Assembly (NCBI RefSeq): GCF_009914755.1
Contig: NC_060948.1
Length of the DNA: 64,000 nucleotides
Origin: the human T2T-CHM13v2.0 reference genome, Homo sapiens
Strand: one strand, 5' to 3'
Program-made: the position numbers and the translations under genes
Notes under the pieces: generated by a model
What the model saw: only the letters and a program-made list of their open reading frames with translations
The model's database searches: none
Told to the model about the DNA's origin: nothing
Shown: positions 12,644 to 25,700 of the stretch, in pieces
Layout of the letters: every line of letters begins with the position of its first letter
Position numbering within the stretch: position 1 is the stretch's first letter

Positions 12644-14084
12644 GTCAGTCTGGGCTGTTTATAAATATGTATCTTGTAATCACTAAATATAAAGGGGCGA
12701 TGTTTTGAAGTTTTCGCCAGAGGAACCAGCAGCATTTCTGGATAACATTTTTCACCAGAGTGTGCAACTATTAATCGGTTCGTATAAAATAAAAAACAGA
12801 AATTGGAGGAAGCAGGAATATGATAAAAGGAAAGGGAGTGAGAGACAAAGGGTAATATGATACAGTAAATAATTTTTGATGTCTTAAATACTCATTCTGC
12901 CCAAATAAATTGTGTCTAAAGTGGTGGTTCAATCAAGCAAGTTGGGTTAAACCATCTAAAACATCAACAACATTAGTAGCAAAGATGACACTTGTTTATA
13001 ACCATGATGTGGATATAGATGCTGTGTTTTGTGTTTATGGTTAAACAGGAAAGTAGGAAAGTACGTGTAATGAGTCTGAAGCCCCTACTTTTACTAAAAG
13101 CTCTTACCATTTTTTTTCTCTCATAAGACAGACACTTACAATGAAAAATGTACACATTTCAATAGTCTTTCTTAGATAATTAAAGGTGACTTTTAAAGAT
13201 ATAAAATATATTTTAGGGTGTTAAATCTGCTGAGAGATTGCTAACGCAATAGAAAGAAATACTGTTCCTGAGATTCTGTTCTCAGAAGATGAAGAGCTTT
13301 AAGTGAACTTTTCAGTTGTTTTTACTCTGAGGGATTCTCCTCCTCAGTATGATTAATGCTTTCCACACTTGAGTAGAAATTCTCTTGGATGAAGCCTTTG
13401 ATAACTATCGTTTGTAAACTTTCGTAAACTTGCCATGCACAAAATGGAATATGGGTTATCTAACTTGAATTGAGAATCCTTGTGAGCATGCCAATTGCTT
13501 CCTTTTCTCCAGAACAAAATGATATTTGTGTCATCATAGAAAAATATATTCTGAAGAAACTGTGTTTCTGGACTATATAAAGCACTACAATTAATACATA
13601 ACATACAAACAAGCCACAGGCTCCAAATAAAGAAACAACTCTTTCTGATGGCTATATGTTCAAAAACAAAGCTCTTATTATTGGAAACAAATAATTGGGT
13701 CATGGTGAAGTCAATTCAATATTTCAGGCATGTTATCATTTACAAAGAGATTAATGTTTACCAGTATAAGAAATGGATATAGAAAATCAATTTCTGTGGA
13801 ATAGTAGGAATGATAAGGAGTCTGGGGAAAAGAAATATTTAGTCTACAAAACAAATAAATTTAAAAAGTGATTCCAATCTTTAAATACAGTGATATCGGC
13901 AGTATTTGTAAAATTCAGATGTTGAAAAAGTGGGAAAGATAGGAGATGTACCCACTGAACACACCAAAAAGCAAATTCATTTGCACCAAAAGAGCAATCT
14001 CTAATTTAAATATGTATCTTAACCTTCCAAACAACTCCCTTGCAGATTAACCTTTCAAAAAACTCCCGTATGTATACACTAACT

Positions 14085-14250
14085 ACTTGTTAGTTAAATT
14101 GCTTAACCTCTTTGCACTTCAATTTGCTCACCTGTGAAATGTAGGCAACAATAGTGTCCATATCATAATGTTACTGTGATGGTAAAGTGAGGTAATGCAT
14201 ACAAGAAGGTTAGTGCCTTAAACAAGTTAAATACTTGATACACATCAATT
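14085..14250 (+). mobile_element. MIR SINE (overlaps left arm of the inverted repeat)
   Basis: 'cttaacctctttgcacttcaatttgctcacctgtgaaatg...gtaaagtgaggtaatgcat' degenerate MIR core. Confidence 0.6.
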
Positions 14251-14479
14251 ATTATTTTGTACAGGATGGGGTTATTGTTAAAAAGGGTATGTGAAAAGAA
14301 AATAGCATGCCTCAAAATAAAATCATATTAAATAGTAGAACATTTCATTTTATGCATGATGAGCTGACATGTTAATATAGAAAAATATCTTGCCTAGTTT
14401 GATTTTTATATAAGCTCAAAGTTATTCTAAATTTGCATAGTTTCTGTTTTTTGCTATGTAATCCTTAAAAATTAGTTAA
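14112..14479 (+). repeat. Inverted repeat, left arm (~365 bp)
   Basis: Reverse complement aligns to 15512-15878; includes a 45-bp perfect match cctagtttgatttttatataagctcaaagttattctaaatttgca. Confidence 0.97.
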
Positions 14480-15511
14480 AAATTGCAATTGTTATTCTGA
14501 ATGGTTAAAGCTTAATATACTTAGATTGTCCATCTGTCTGATTTATCAGTATTAGATTTATCAATGATATTAGATTGTCAATATTCTGAATGATTTTAGG
14601 AATATCAAATACATTAAACATAATAACTACATTATAGTAATATCATCTTTTTTTGATAACCATCTTAAGTAATTTTGTGCCCCCTCTAATTCCAAAGATT
14701 AATTTTAGTAGATAGTAAGTGAGGAATGCCAGAATAGTTTACAGAGAGATCAGATTTTCTTAATTATGTATTTTTAGCTTTCTTATCTGGAATAAGTACT
14801 ATTTAAATACTATGATAAAGGAATGGACATAAATATTTTACCTTTTAAATCAGAGTCTCTTCATCTATGCATTTTCTTCAATTGCAATTAAATCCTGAAT
14901 CAAAAACAGAAATAAATTTTGAGCTACTCATTTGGGGAATTAAGAGACTGAAGAAAATCTCCATTAATCAGAGGTATAAGAAGTTCATGTCTTAAGTCAA
15001 ATATACAAAGTCAAAACCATGACTACCTGGCAGCCTCACTTCAAAAATTCTGATCCTACCCCCAAACGTGTCTGTTCCATCTGTCTAGTCAAATGTGAAA
15101 ACGATTATCTGAAGAAAAAAAGGCTGTTTCATAATTCCATACTCTTAGTACTATCAAGTTATTAGAAATATTTTAAGGAGACTAAAAGTTTTCATAAAAT
15201 TGCTTCAATTTGCTTTTTCATTTCGTAAAATGAGACAAATGTCACCACCAACAGCTGACCATATATACTTGAAATGGGAAATTAACTCCAAAGTGTAGAC
15301 TTAATTATTTGTGGCATTCTTTTATTTATGAGCTGCAGAGTAGACACCCTGTTATGTACATTGAAAAAATATTTGAACCAAAAAATAAGAAAAAGACAGG
15401 TAAAAATACACAAACATAAATTAGTTGTCTGCATATCTAAAGCTCTCCTAGCTGAAAATCTACCTTGCATTCAACTTTTGTATCATCTACTAAAAAGCCA
15501 GTATGTTTTCT

Positions 15512-15878
15512 TTAAACTACTTTTTAAGGATTACATAGCAAAAAATAAAAATTGTGCAAATTTAGAATAACTTTGAGCTTATATAAAAATCAAACTAGGT
15601 AAGGTCTTTTTCTATATTAGCATGTCAACTCATCATGCATAAAATGAAACGTTCTACTATTTAATATGATTTTACTTTGAGGCATGCTATTTTCTTTTCA
15701 CATACACTTTTTAACAATAACCCTATCCTGTACAAAATAATAGTTGATATGTGTCAAGGACTTACCTTGTTTAAGGCACTAACCTTTTTGTTTGTATTAC
15801 TTCACTTCACCTTTAGCAAAGTTATGATATAGACGCTAATGTTACCTGCCTTTCACAGGTGAGCAAATTGAAGTGCAA
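15512..15878 (-). repeat. Inverted repeat, right arm (~365 bp)
   Basis: Manual alignment to 14112-14479, collinear with one small indel. Confidence 0.97.
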
Positions 15879-16581
15879 TTGGTTATTTAATTATATGAAA
15901 TATATTAGATATTCTTCCTGGTCAGTTCGTTAAAGTACAAGAAGCATTTATTCATAGGTTGAATAAATAGCTGTCGCTAGGTATAATTTGATAGATAAAT
16001 TCTATCAAATGTATCACGCATTCTAATTTGTCTGCAGTAAAGTCTGAAATTTCATTGAAATCGCATTGCAGGGTTAAAGAGTATAATTTCCAGGATGTGC
16101 TGTACTTGTCAAAATCCAAATAGTAACCAGGGAGCTATCACAGCATGAGTTTGTTTGTTAAATGACAAATTGGTGTCTAAGCACTGAATGACTAAAACTT
16201 TCTAAAACTTTGGTTTTATGCATTTTAATTGAGGTCGAGGTGTGGGAAAAAAAAATCTGGATCCTGGGTATCTGCCAAAGGCCAAAAAAAAAAAAAGACT
16301 TCAACATGGGTAATACAAAATCTAGAACAAATAGGAACAGCATTCATTTCAGGAATTTCTGCAGGTGTGTTTGAATTCTTATATACTTAAATATTTGTAA
16401 ACAACAAAGTATAAATTTGGCAGCTACTTCACCACTTCAACCATTATGTCTATGTAAATGTCTTGAAAAGCATGGGTCAGAACTAAAAGCATTAGTTACT
16501 TCAATTTGGAAAAGTTGTCTCAGACTTTCGGGTAACAAACTAAGTTCATTATATTTCTTTTATAAACACAGGCATGGATGG

Positions 16582-16618
16582 ACACACACACACACACACA
16601 CACACAAACACTCACACA
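16582..16618. repeat. (CA)n microsatellite
   Basis: acacacacacacacacacacacacaaacactcacac. Confidence 0.9.
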
Positions 16619-16731
16619 AAATTATCATACCTTAATCTACTATTTTTGTCCACACCACACTAAAGTTAAACTAAGTCAAAATCTTAGAATCATATTTTGC
16701 TATTTATTCTCCTTTATTCTCTATATCCAGT

Positions 16732-17317
16732 TGATATCGCTTTGATGACTGGAAGAACACCAGGGTTCTTGGTTTTGAGCCAATAGGATTAACGACACAG
16801 ATATATGTGGAGTGGTTTTAAGGAGCAAAAAGTTTAATAGGCCAGAAATAAGAAAGGAGAAAACAGCTTCTTCATATAGAGACAGAAGAAGGAGGGCTTG
16901 GAACAAAAAGGAACCTCATCTGTGGCAGAAAATTTGTTGGTTATATTGGGAGGCTGGAGGAGGCAGTGTCGGGTTTACATAGGGCCCAGGGGATTGGTTT
17001 GACTAGGTGTGTTATTTATGTAGCCAAAGAAAAACCTGGCCCTTCCACCTTACCTTTTTAATATGCAAATGTGGGTTGCCATGATGTTTTGAGCACATGG
17101 TGTTATTTGGAGGTGGCCATGACACTTGACACAGGTGGTGACAAGGAGAAGATGGTGGGAATCGGCATGTTGGGTAGACCCAGTTACCATTTGTTGGCAT
17201 TTGTATATTGAAGCTTGCTGGCTTGGCTTTCTAAGCCACGTTTCTGTTAGTTTTTACCAAAAACCTTTACCCTGTTTACTTGCCTAAAAATTATTTTTAA
17301 ATAACTTTTGTACTACA
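16732..17317 (-). mobile_element. Solo LTR9-family (ERV1, HUERS-P3/MER61 group) LTR
   Basis: Reverse complement starts TGTAGTAC...aataatttttaggcaag and ends ...atatCA; 'gaacaccaggg...ggagtggttttaaggagc...gtttaataggc'; octamer ATGCAAAT at 17063-17070. Confidence 0.75.
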
Positions 17318-17504
17318 ATCAAGTACAAACTTTTACTAATTCATCTTTTGTAACTTCTCATGAATCTGGCACTTTATCTTCATTTTAATTTTTACTGCTA
17401 TTATCAAGGCTGTTAGTGACAATTCCTAAACAATTGCTTACAGTCTGTCCCCATTCATCTACCAGCTGCCTCTGCCACCATCTTTCTAACATTACACTGC
17501 TAAA

Positions 17505-17740
17505 GGCCAGCATTTATTAGCACTAACTATACAGTGAGTGCTAGGCGAAAGGATCTACCAAGACCATTAACATTTAATTTTCACAATAGCCCTATGAGAT
17601 AAGAACTATTATCCTCAATATACTGATAAAACCCTGAGCCTTAAAAAAGGTGGAATGACACAGCTATAAATTGTGGAAACAAGATTTGAACCCAGGATGT
17701 TTAATTCCAGAATGATGTTATTGAGTTTGTTACACTGTTT
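17505..17740 (-). mobile_element. MIR SINE
   Basis: 'tcacaatagccctatgagataag...aagatttgaacccagg'. Confidence 0.6.
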
Positions 17741-17811
17741 CACTGAACAATAATTTCAACATGTTAACACATGATCTGGAAATTGTCTATGACATCTCAT
17801 CACATATAGCT

Positions 17812-17960
17812 AATAAAGAGCTAACATTCATTGAGTGCCGACTCCATGTTAAGTAATTTATGTGAATTATCTCATTTAAACTTTTCAATGGCCATATAAT
17901 TTACAATTATCTCCATTTTACAGAACAGGTAACAGATTGAGAGACTTGTGAATGCCACAC
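17812..17960 (-). mobile_element. MIR SINE fragment
   Basis: 'gctaacattcattgagtgcc...attatctcatttaa...ccattttacaga'. Confidence 0.6.
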
Positions 17961-18429
17961 TTTAATCTCATCTCCTCCCCACCACCCTGAAATCACAAGC
18001 TTGAACTGCCATCCGGACCTGAGGCAACCTTTCCCTCATTAAGACTAAGTTTCTCCTGTGTGCAGAAATATGAAGGATGGAAGGAAAAGGAAGAGATATC
18101 CGGTACTATTGTAGTCATTTATCTGTGGATTGTCAATACTCTTGTGTCTAACATCAATCATTAATAACCTGTGTTTGGTAGGCATGAAAAGGCTGGCTGG
18201 GTTGTGTGAGTTCTTAGATGGACCTATAGCCAGAATAAGAACAGAAATGGTTTTCACAATCACCTTGACACTTCTTAAAAGCTATTGAATCTAACAACTA
18301 TTTATTTCTCCTGTTCTAATTTTTCTTATACAAATTGGGAAGACAGAATTTGGAGTCAATGGCAAGTGGTAGTATAGCAGGCTTGGTCAACTCTGAAGCC
18401 CTGAGAAATGTATTTAGCTCTCTTTATCG

Positions 18430-18616
18430 CAGTGGTTCTTAAAGGGTGTTTCTGGAACAGCATTATTAACATAACTTATAAACTTGTGGGAAATTCCAAC
18501 TCTCAGGCTTCTCTTCAGATGTACTGAATTAGGACCTAGAGGTGGGGCCAAGCAATGTGTATTTTGGCAGTCCCTGAAGGTGATTCTGACACACGATAAA
18601 GTTATAAAAACCACTG
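18430..18616. mobile_element. MER5A (hAT-Charlie MITE)
   Basis: TIR-like ends CAGTGGTTCTTAAA...AAAAACCACTG, ~187 bp, 'ggtgattctga' motif. Confidence 0.8.
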
Positions 18617-19323
18617 CTTTAGAATGTGAGATATTTAGCACCACTGTTTACTTCTGCTTTAGGTCTTATTTAATAATTTCTGGGCAATATAATAAGCCTA
18701 CAGTTTAGAAATCCATTTGTGTTCTGTTCTTTATCTTGACCATTCATTTTTTTGGAAATCAATACCTTGTATCTCAAATTTTCTCATGCTATAGTTACTG
18801 TAATTTATATTAAAAATACTGTATATAAAAATAAAAATGTTCACCATATTTCTCCTTTTCCAGAATATCAAATATATTGTTATTATCACTGATGTTGTTG
18901 AGAATATCCAAACGGTATTTTTAATAGTTTCATTAAAGAAATTAAAAAACAAAAGCAATTTAAGGGAATTGCTGAGACAAATAATTTGATTCTCATGATT
19001 CCTCCAGAGTGGAATAACTGATGTATAATATTGCTGTCTTCTAATTTCTTTTTCTTAGTTTGTGGGTCTCTTTGTGTGTGTTTCACAAGGCATATTCTCA
19101 GCTACAATAGCATTAAAATGTCATTAAAGAAACACGTATTTATGAATTATATGTTTTAATAACACAGTATTTTTAAATTTGTGGTTAATTTTATTGTTAT
19201 ATAGACAAAATTAAATATAGTTTTAAAATAAATTTATAAAAATTTTTATTCACTAAGACTAAATGAGTTAATTTAAGCTGCAGATTTATAAAAATAGATC
19301 TTTAATCTGTCCAATATAAACTG

Positions 19324-20077
19324 TTTTTTTTTTTTAAATTTTACTTTAAGTTCTGGGATACATGTGCAGAACATGCGGGTTTGTTACATAGGTATACACG
19401 TGCCTTGGTGGTTTGCTGCACCCATCAACCTGTAATCTACATTAGGTATTTCTCCTAATGCTCTCCCTCCCCTAACCCCCCAACCCCGACAGACCCTGGT
19501 GTGTGATGTTCCCCTCCCTGTGTCCATGTGTTCTGATTGTTCAACTCCCACTTACGAGTGAGAACATGAGGTGTTTGGTTTTCTGTTCCTGTGTCAGTTT
19601 GCTGAGAATCATGGTTTCCAGCTTCATCTGTGCTTCATCATGAGGACATAAACTCATCCTTTTTTATGGCTGCACAGTATTCCATGGTGTATATGTGCCG
19701 CATTTTCTTTATCCTGTCTATCATTGATGGGCATTTGGGTTGGTTCCAAGTCTTTGTTATTGTGAGCAGTGCTACAATAAACATACGTGTGCATGTATGT
19801 GTCTTTATAGTAGAAAGATTTTTAATCCTTTGGGTATATACCCAGTAATGGGATTGCTGGTTCAAGTGGTATTTCTGGTTCTAGATCCTTGAGGAATCGC
19901 CACACTGTCTTCCACAATGGTTGAACTAGTTTACAGTCCCACCAACAGTGTAAAAGTGTTCCTATTTCTCCACATTCTCTCCAGCATCTGTTGTTTCCTG
20001 ACTTTTTAATGATCACCATTCTAACTGGCATGAGATGGTATCTCATTGTGCTTCTGATCTGCATTTCTCTAATGACC
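19324..20077 (-). mobile_element. 5'-truncated L1PA7/8-like 3' end
   Basis: L1PA 3'UTR and ORF2 C-terminus ([16 protein letters not shown]); TSD ATAAACTG at 19316-19323 and 20078-20085. Confidence 0.92.
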
Positions 20078-21899
20078 ATAAACTGGATTTTTACCATTGT
20101 ATTACAAAGTTAGTAATACTTACACATTTGGTTAATCTGATGGACTAATAATTCAGCTGCAATATATCAAATCTGTCAGTGCACTGATTATATCTCCCAT
20201 GGAAGATTTTTTTTATCTTTTGATTCAATGAAAGTTTCTTGTATGAAACCAAATTTCATACAGTTCTAAAAAATCCTTTAGAAATTCATCATTTTAGTTT
20301 TGTTTTCTAGGCTAAAGCAATTTACTGTCTACCATCATATGTCTATTTTTTTAAAAAAAATGCCTTTTCCTACAGAAAGAAGTTATAAAATTAAATAGAG
20401 GTGTAACAAGTAGGATTTTAAGATTACACATGGTTGTTTTGTGCTAGTTAAAAAGAAAAGAAGATATAATGCTTTTAACAAATGAGAACACTATGTATGT
20501 TTATACATATAATACATATTTAACATTGAGTTGTTAACTGGGAAAAAGGTTGTGGTATTAAGCATGAAAAAGAAGAGAGTTGGGAGGCATTTCAGGCATT
20601 GTGAAAGCATCTTTATTCACACTGTAGCCTTGTTACACACAGAACAGTGAGGATATGCTTTCATATAACTGGCTATATCTCCCTAATTGGCTATATAAAT
20701 TTCATTAATGTCATTGTTAACTTATAGAGTAGTAACACATAAAGGATCTTGAATGCTTTCAAATACTATGGATAATAAGAAAATAATTAAACTTGCCATT
20801 CCACTTTGTGTATTTGAGTATTATAATGTATGAATTAAGCTATGTGACTATTATGAAGTCACAGGCAAGCAGAAAGAAATGGTCTTGATCAGTGTCTAGT
20901 CAGTAGTCCTGGGGTAAACTGACCATACAACGCATGTATCTGCTTCCTGTGGTTTGTCTGGATTCAGGTGAAAGGTTTCCACCAGGGGATGCATCTGTAG
21001 TCTGTCAAACTATGTAGATAGATATGGTAAACTGATCTGACCACATTCTACAACTAACTACAGATTAGTTTACTTGCCGTTGGTACACTTGGTCGTATAA
21101 CTCAGCCACTTACTCAGCCTAATCCTAAAGTGATACCTTCCTGTGAATTGGAGAACTGTATTTTCAAATAAAGCTTCACATAGCAAACATTTCATAAAGA
21201 TCAATTCACCTTGAGACAACTAAAATGTTCTGTCTACTTCAGCTCATTCTAGATGTCATTTCTCTCACAAACATCTCTGACCTACCCTTACTTCCATTTA
21301 TTTGCTTCTTTCATTTCTATTCATTAGTTTCTTACAAACCTGCCTGCAGAGATTGTTCTGTCTGAGATTTTTCGAAACCCCTAAGTAATAATCAATTCAT
21401 GTAATAGAGAAGTTGAAACTTTCTGTGATAGTCTTAATGACTTCTTTATGGTGAAAAATATTTAAAGAAATTATCCTGAAAAGAAACATTTGCTAAGGAA
21501 TTTATCTTTCTTTTCAATTTACCTCTCAAATGCAAAATCATGATAGGATGAAATAGTAATACATGTGAAAAAAAATTTTTTTCTGAATAAGAAAAGCCCC
21601 TCTGGCATTATTTCTGCAGGGACTAATAGACCCACCTATAGCTTTATGTAGATGAAACACAGTTAGTTGGGTGGTCAGTGCATCTCCACAGTGGAATGAG
21701 AAAGACTCAATAGGTCTTTTTCATCTCTACTTCTAGATTCTCTGATCAAATATCAATACTTAACAATTTTAACCAGTTATATTTAAAAAACAGAAAAGTA
21801 CACATAAGAAAGAGAAATAAAAACATAAATAAAATATGTAGGAAGCAATATGTACTCAGACTAAAAGTTCTGAATAAATTGTAGGAGATGGTATATCTT

Positions 21900-22607
21900 T
21901 TATTTTTAATTTTTTATTATTATACTTTAAGTTCTGGGGTACATGTGCACAACGTGTAAGGTTTGTTACATAGGTATATATATGCCATGTTGGTTTGCTG
22001 CACCTATCAACTGGTCACCTACATAAGGTATTTCTCCTAATGCTATCCCTCCCCCAGCCTCCCACCCCTCAACAGGCCCCAGTGTGTGATGTTCTCCTTC
22101 CTGTGTCCATGATCTCATTGTTCAATTCCCACTTATGAGTGAGAACATGTGGTATTTGGCTTTCTCTTCTTGTGTTACTTTGCTGAGAATGATGGTTTCC
22201 AGTTTTATTCATGTCTCTGCAAAGGACATGAACTCATCCTTTTATGTGGCTGCATAGTATTCCATGGTGTATATGTGCCACATTTTCTTTATCCAGTCTA
22301 TCATTGACGGGCATTTGGGATGGTTCCAAGACTTTGCTATTGTGAACAGTGCTACAATATACATACATGTGCATGTGTCTTTATAGTAGAAAGATTTTTA
22401 ATCCTTTGGGTATATACCCAGTAATGGGATTGCTGGGTCAAATGATATTTCTAGTTCTAGATCCTTGAGGAGTTGCCACACTGTCTTCAACAAAGGTTGA
22501 ACTAATTTACACTCCCACCAACAGTATAAAAGCGTTCCTATTTCTCCACATCCTCTCCAGCATCTGTTGTTTACTGACTTTTTAATTTTTGCCATTCTAA
22601 CTGGCGT
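21900..22607 (-). mobile_element. 5'-truncated L1PA7/8-like 3' end
   Basis: L1PA 3'UTR; 15-bp TSD GAGATGGTATATCTT at 21885-21899 and 22608-22622. Confidence 0.93.
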
Positions 22608-22744
22608 GAGATGGTATATCTTAAGGCCTTAACCCTAAATCATAACTTCCTAAACAGAAACTGCATATAAAGAGCTGTTTTTCTTACTAGTGGTACAGTT
22701 TTATCAGATGCTTTTTATTAAGTAGATTATATTATTCTACTTAA

Positions 22745-25700
22745 TAAATACAGATAAGTGGAAACATATGAAAAAAATGCTCAACACCATTAGTTATTAG
22801 GGAAATGCAAATTAAAAACACAATGCACTACACAAATATAAGAATAGCAACAAAACAAACAAACAAACCTGACAAGATCAAATTCTGTTGAGGATGCAGA
22901 GCAAAAGGCTTATAGAAAATTTTAATAACATAACTAGACATAGCTGCTTCCAAATTTAAAATATGATTAGAACTTTTTGTTATTTAATTTGAGCAGAAGA
23001 TGAAAATTTACACAGATTAAGCTTTCACTTAAATGCAATGAGAAGGGAATAGCCTATTAAAAAACATTTAACATATCTACAGCTAACATCTATACCTAAT
23101 GGTAAAAGAATGAATGCTATTGTAATAGCAGGGTCAAGACAAATATCTGCTTTCACTCCTCCTATTAGCATCACACTGGGGATCTTAGCCTGCGAACTGA
23201 GACAAAATAAAGAAAGAATTGACATATAGAGTGCATACTAAGAAACAAAACTGCCTCTATTTTCAGAGGACATGACAGTCAACATACAAAATGTACAAAA
23301 AGTTCTTAGATCTCATAAGTGAACTTAGCAAGGTCTCATAATGCAAAGAAAATATACAGAAATCAATCATATTACTATATTACAGCAATTAAGAGTAGAA
23401 ATCTGAAGTTTTTAAATGACGTCAGTTACAATAGTACTAAATAAAATTAAGTACTTGGGTATAAATTTAACACAATATGTGAAGAATGTCTGCACTGAAA
23501 CTTACAAAACGCTGGTAAAAGAAATCAAATGTCTAAATCAATAGAGATGAAAAAGATATTTCCCTCATTCATAAATTAGAAGGTGCAATATTGTTAACAT
23601 GTCCATCCTTTCTCATTTGCTATATGCACTTAATGATATTCCTATCATAATCCCAGCAAGCTTTTAGTGAGATATCAGAAGCTGATTCTAAAATATATAT
23701 GGCAAAACAAAGGAACTACAATAGCTAAAACAATTCAGAAAAAGAAGAAAAAAGCTAAAGGGCTCCCACTGTCCAATTTCAGGACTTATTATAAAACTTT
23801 AATAATTAAAGCTGTGGTATTGGAAAAAAAGATAACATATACATCAACAGAATAGAAGAGACAGCTGAGAAATAGGCCTATAAGAATACAGTTTATTGCT
23901 TTTTACAGAGATTCACTAATTTAATAAAGAAAGGATTTTTTCAACAAATATTGCAGTATCAACTGTAAATCCATATGAAATTAATAAACTACAGGCATAT
24001 ACCTGATACATTATCCAAAAATTAACTGAAAATATGTCATTTACCATAATGTATAACAAAACTATAAAACTTTTAAAAGGAAACATGAGACAACCTATAT
24101 AATCTTTAGTTTAACAGTAAGACTTAACTAAAAAATACAAAGCGTGATCTACTTTAAAAATGTTAAATTAGACTTTATCAATATTAGAATACTTTGTTCT
24201 GTAAAAGACACTGTAAGGAGAATGAAAAGGTAACACGCACACTAAGAGAAAATATTTGCAGTTAAAATCACATCTCCAATAAAATCTTCCATGTACAATA
24301 TATAAATAACACTCAAAAGTCAACAATAAGGAAAAAAGCAACAAAATTAATAAATTTTAATAAATTTAATAATTTTTTAAGTCTAAAAAGACACTTCCCC
24401 AAAACAGATATGTGAAACCATGTGAAAAAAATACTCAACATCATTAATTATTAGGGGAATGCAAATTAAAACCACAATGTACTACACAAGTATTAAAATG
24501 GCAACAAAACAATCACACACACACCTGACAAGATAAAATTCTAGCAATGATGCAAGTTAACAGCAACTTTAATTAGTTGCTAGATGATATGCAAAATTGT
24601 TCAGCCACCTCTGAAAATGGTTTAGCAATTTTTTACAAATGTATACATACATTTATCATATGATCCAGTAATTCCACTCTTAGATATTAACAAAAAGAAT
24701 TGGAAACTCGTATTTACTAAAAGCTTGTAAACACATGTTTATAGCACTTTCTCTTATAATCACAAAAAGAAGAAGCCAGAAATCCTTCAACAGGTGAATG
24801 GATAAACAAGCTGTAATATATCCATTGAATGTAATAATACTCAGCAAGAAAAATGAACAAACAGTTGATTCAAACGACAGTGTGGCTAAATCTAATATAC
24901 ATTTTGCTAAGCATTGTATTATTCCATTTGAAAAGCATTTGGGTAAAGGCAAAACTATAGGAATGAAAAACAGATCTGTAGTTGCCAAAGATTATGGGAA
25001 GGAAGATTACGTGGCTACAAAGAGGACACACAGGAAAATTTTAGGAAGATGCGCTGTTTTGCATGGTACTTTGGTGGTGGATACATGACTAAGCATTTTT
25101 CAAAACTTATAGAGCTGTACAATCCAAAAGATAAACTTTACCATATGGAAATTGCAAAAAACAAAACAGGATGTCAGGAAACCCAGGAAGGATTGCAGAC
25201 AAGAAAAATGAACCCAGCTGTGTTGTAATTGTATAACATAACTTCACGGAAGGGTTCGAAAAGAAAAATAACAAACCTAAGTAACTTTGACAACCAGTGT
25301 TTTGAGTAGATTAAATAAACAAGGAAGGCAAGAATAAACCCTGTGGGGCATAACTAACTGAGAAATATCAGTGTTTATGTTAATAGAGATACAAATATAT
25401 AAATATAGAGATAACTATAGATGTATATATTTATATATGGGTTAGTGTACATGCACTCATACATATTATTTCTGGCTCAGTACACAGAGGGAGCTTAGAA
25501 AGGAAGAAGGAAGGAAGGAGGGAAGGAAGAAAGGAGGGAAGGAAGGAAGTCAAAACGGAAGGGGTGAAGGAAGGATGAAAGGAAGGAAGGAAGGGAAATG
25601 AAGTGAGGAACGGAAGAGGGAGGGAAGGAAGGAAGGAAGTCAAAACAGAAGGAGTGAAGGAAGGATGGAAGGAAGGAAGTAAAGGGGAATGAAGCGAGGA

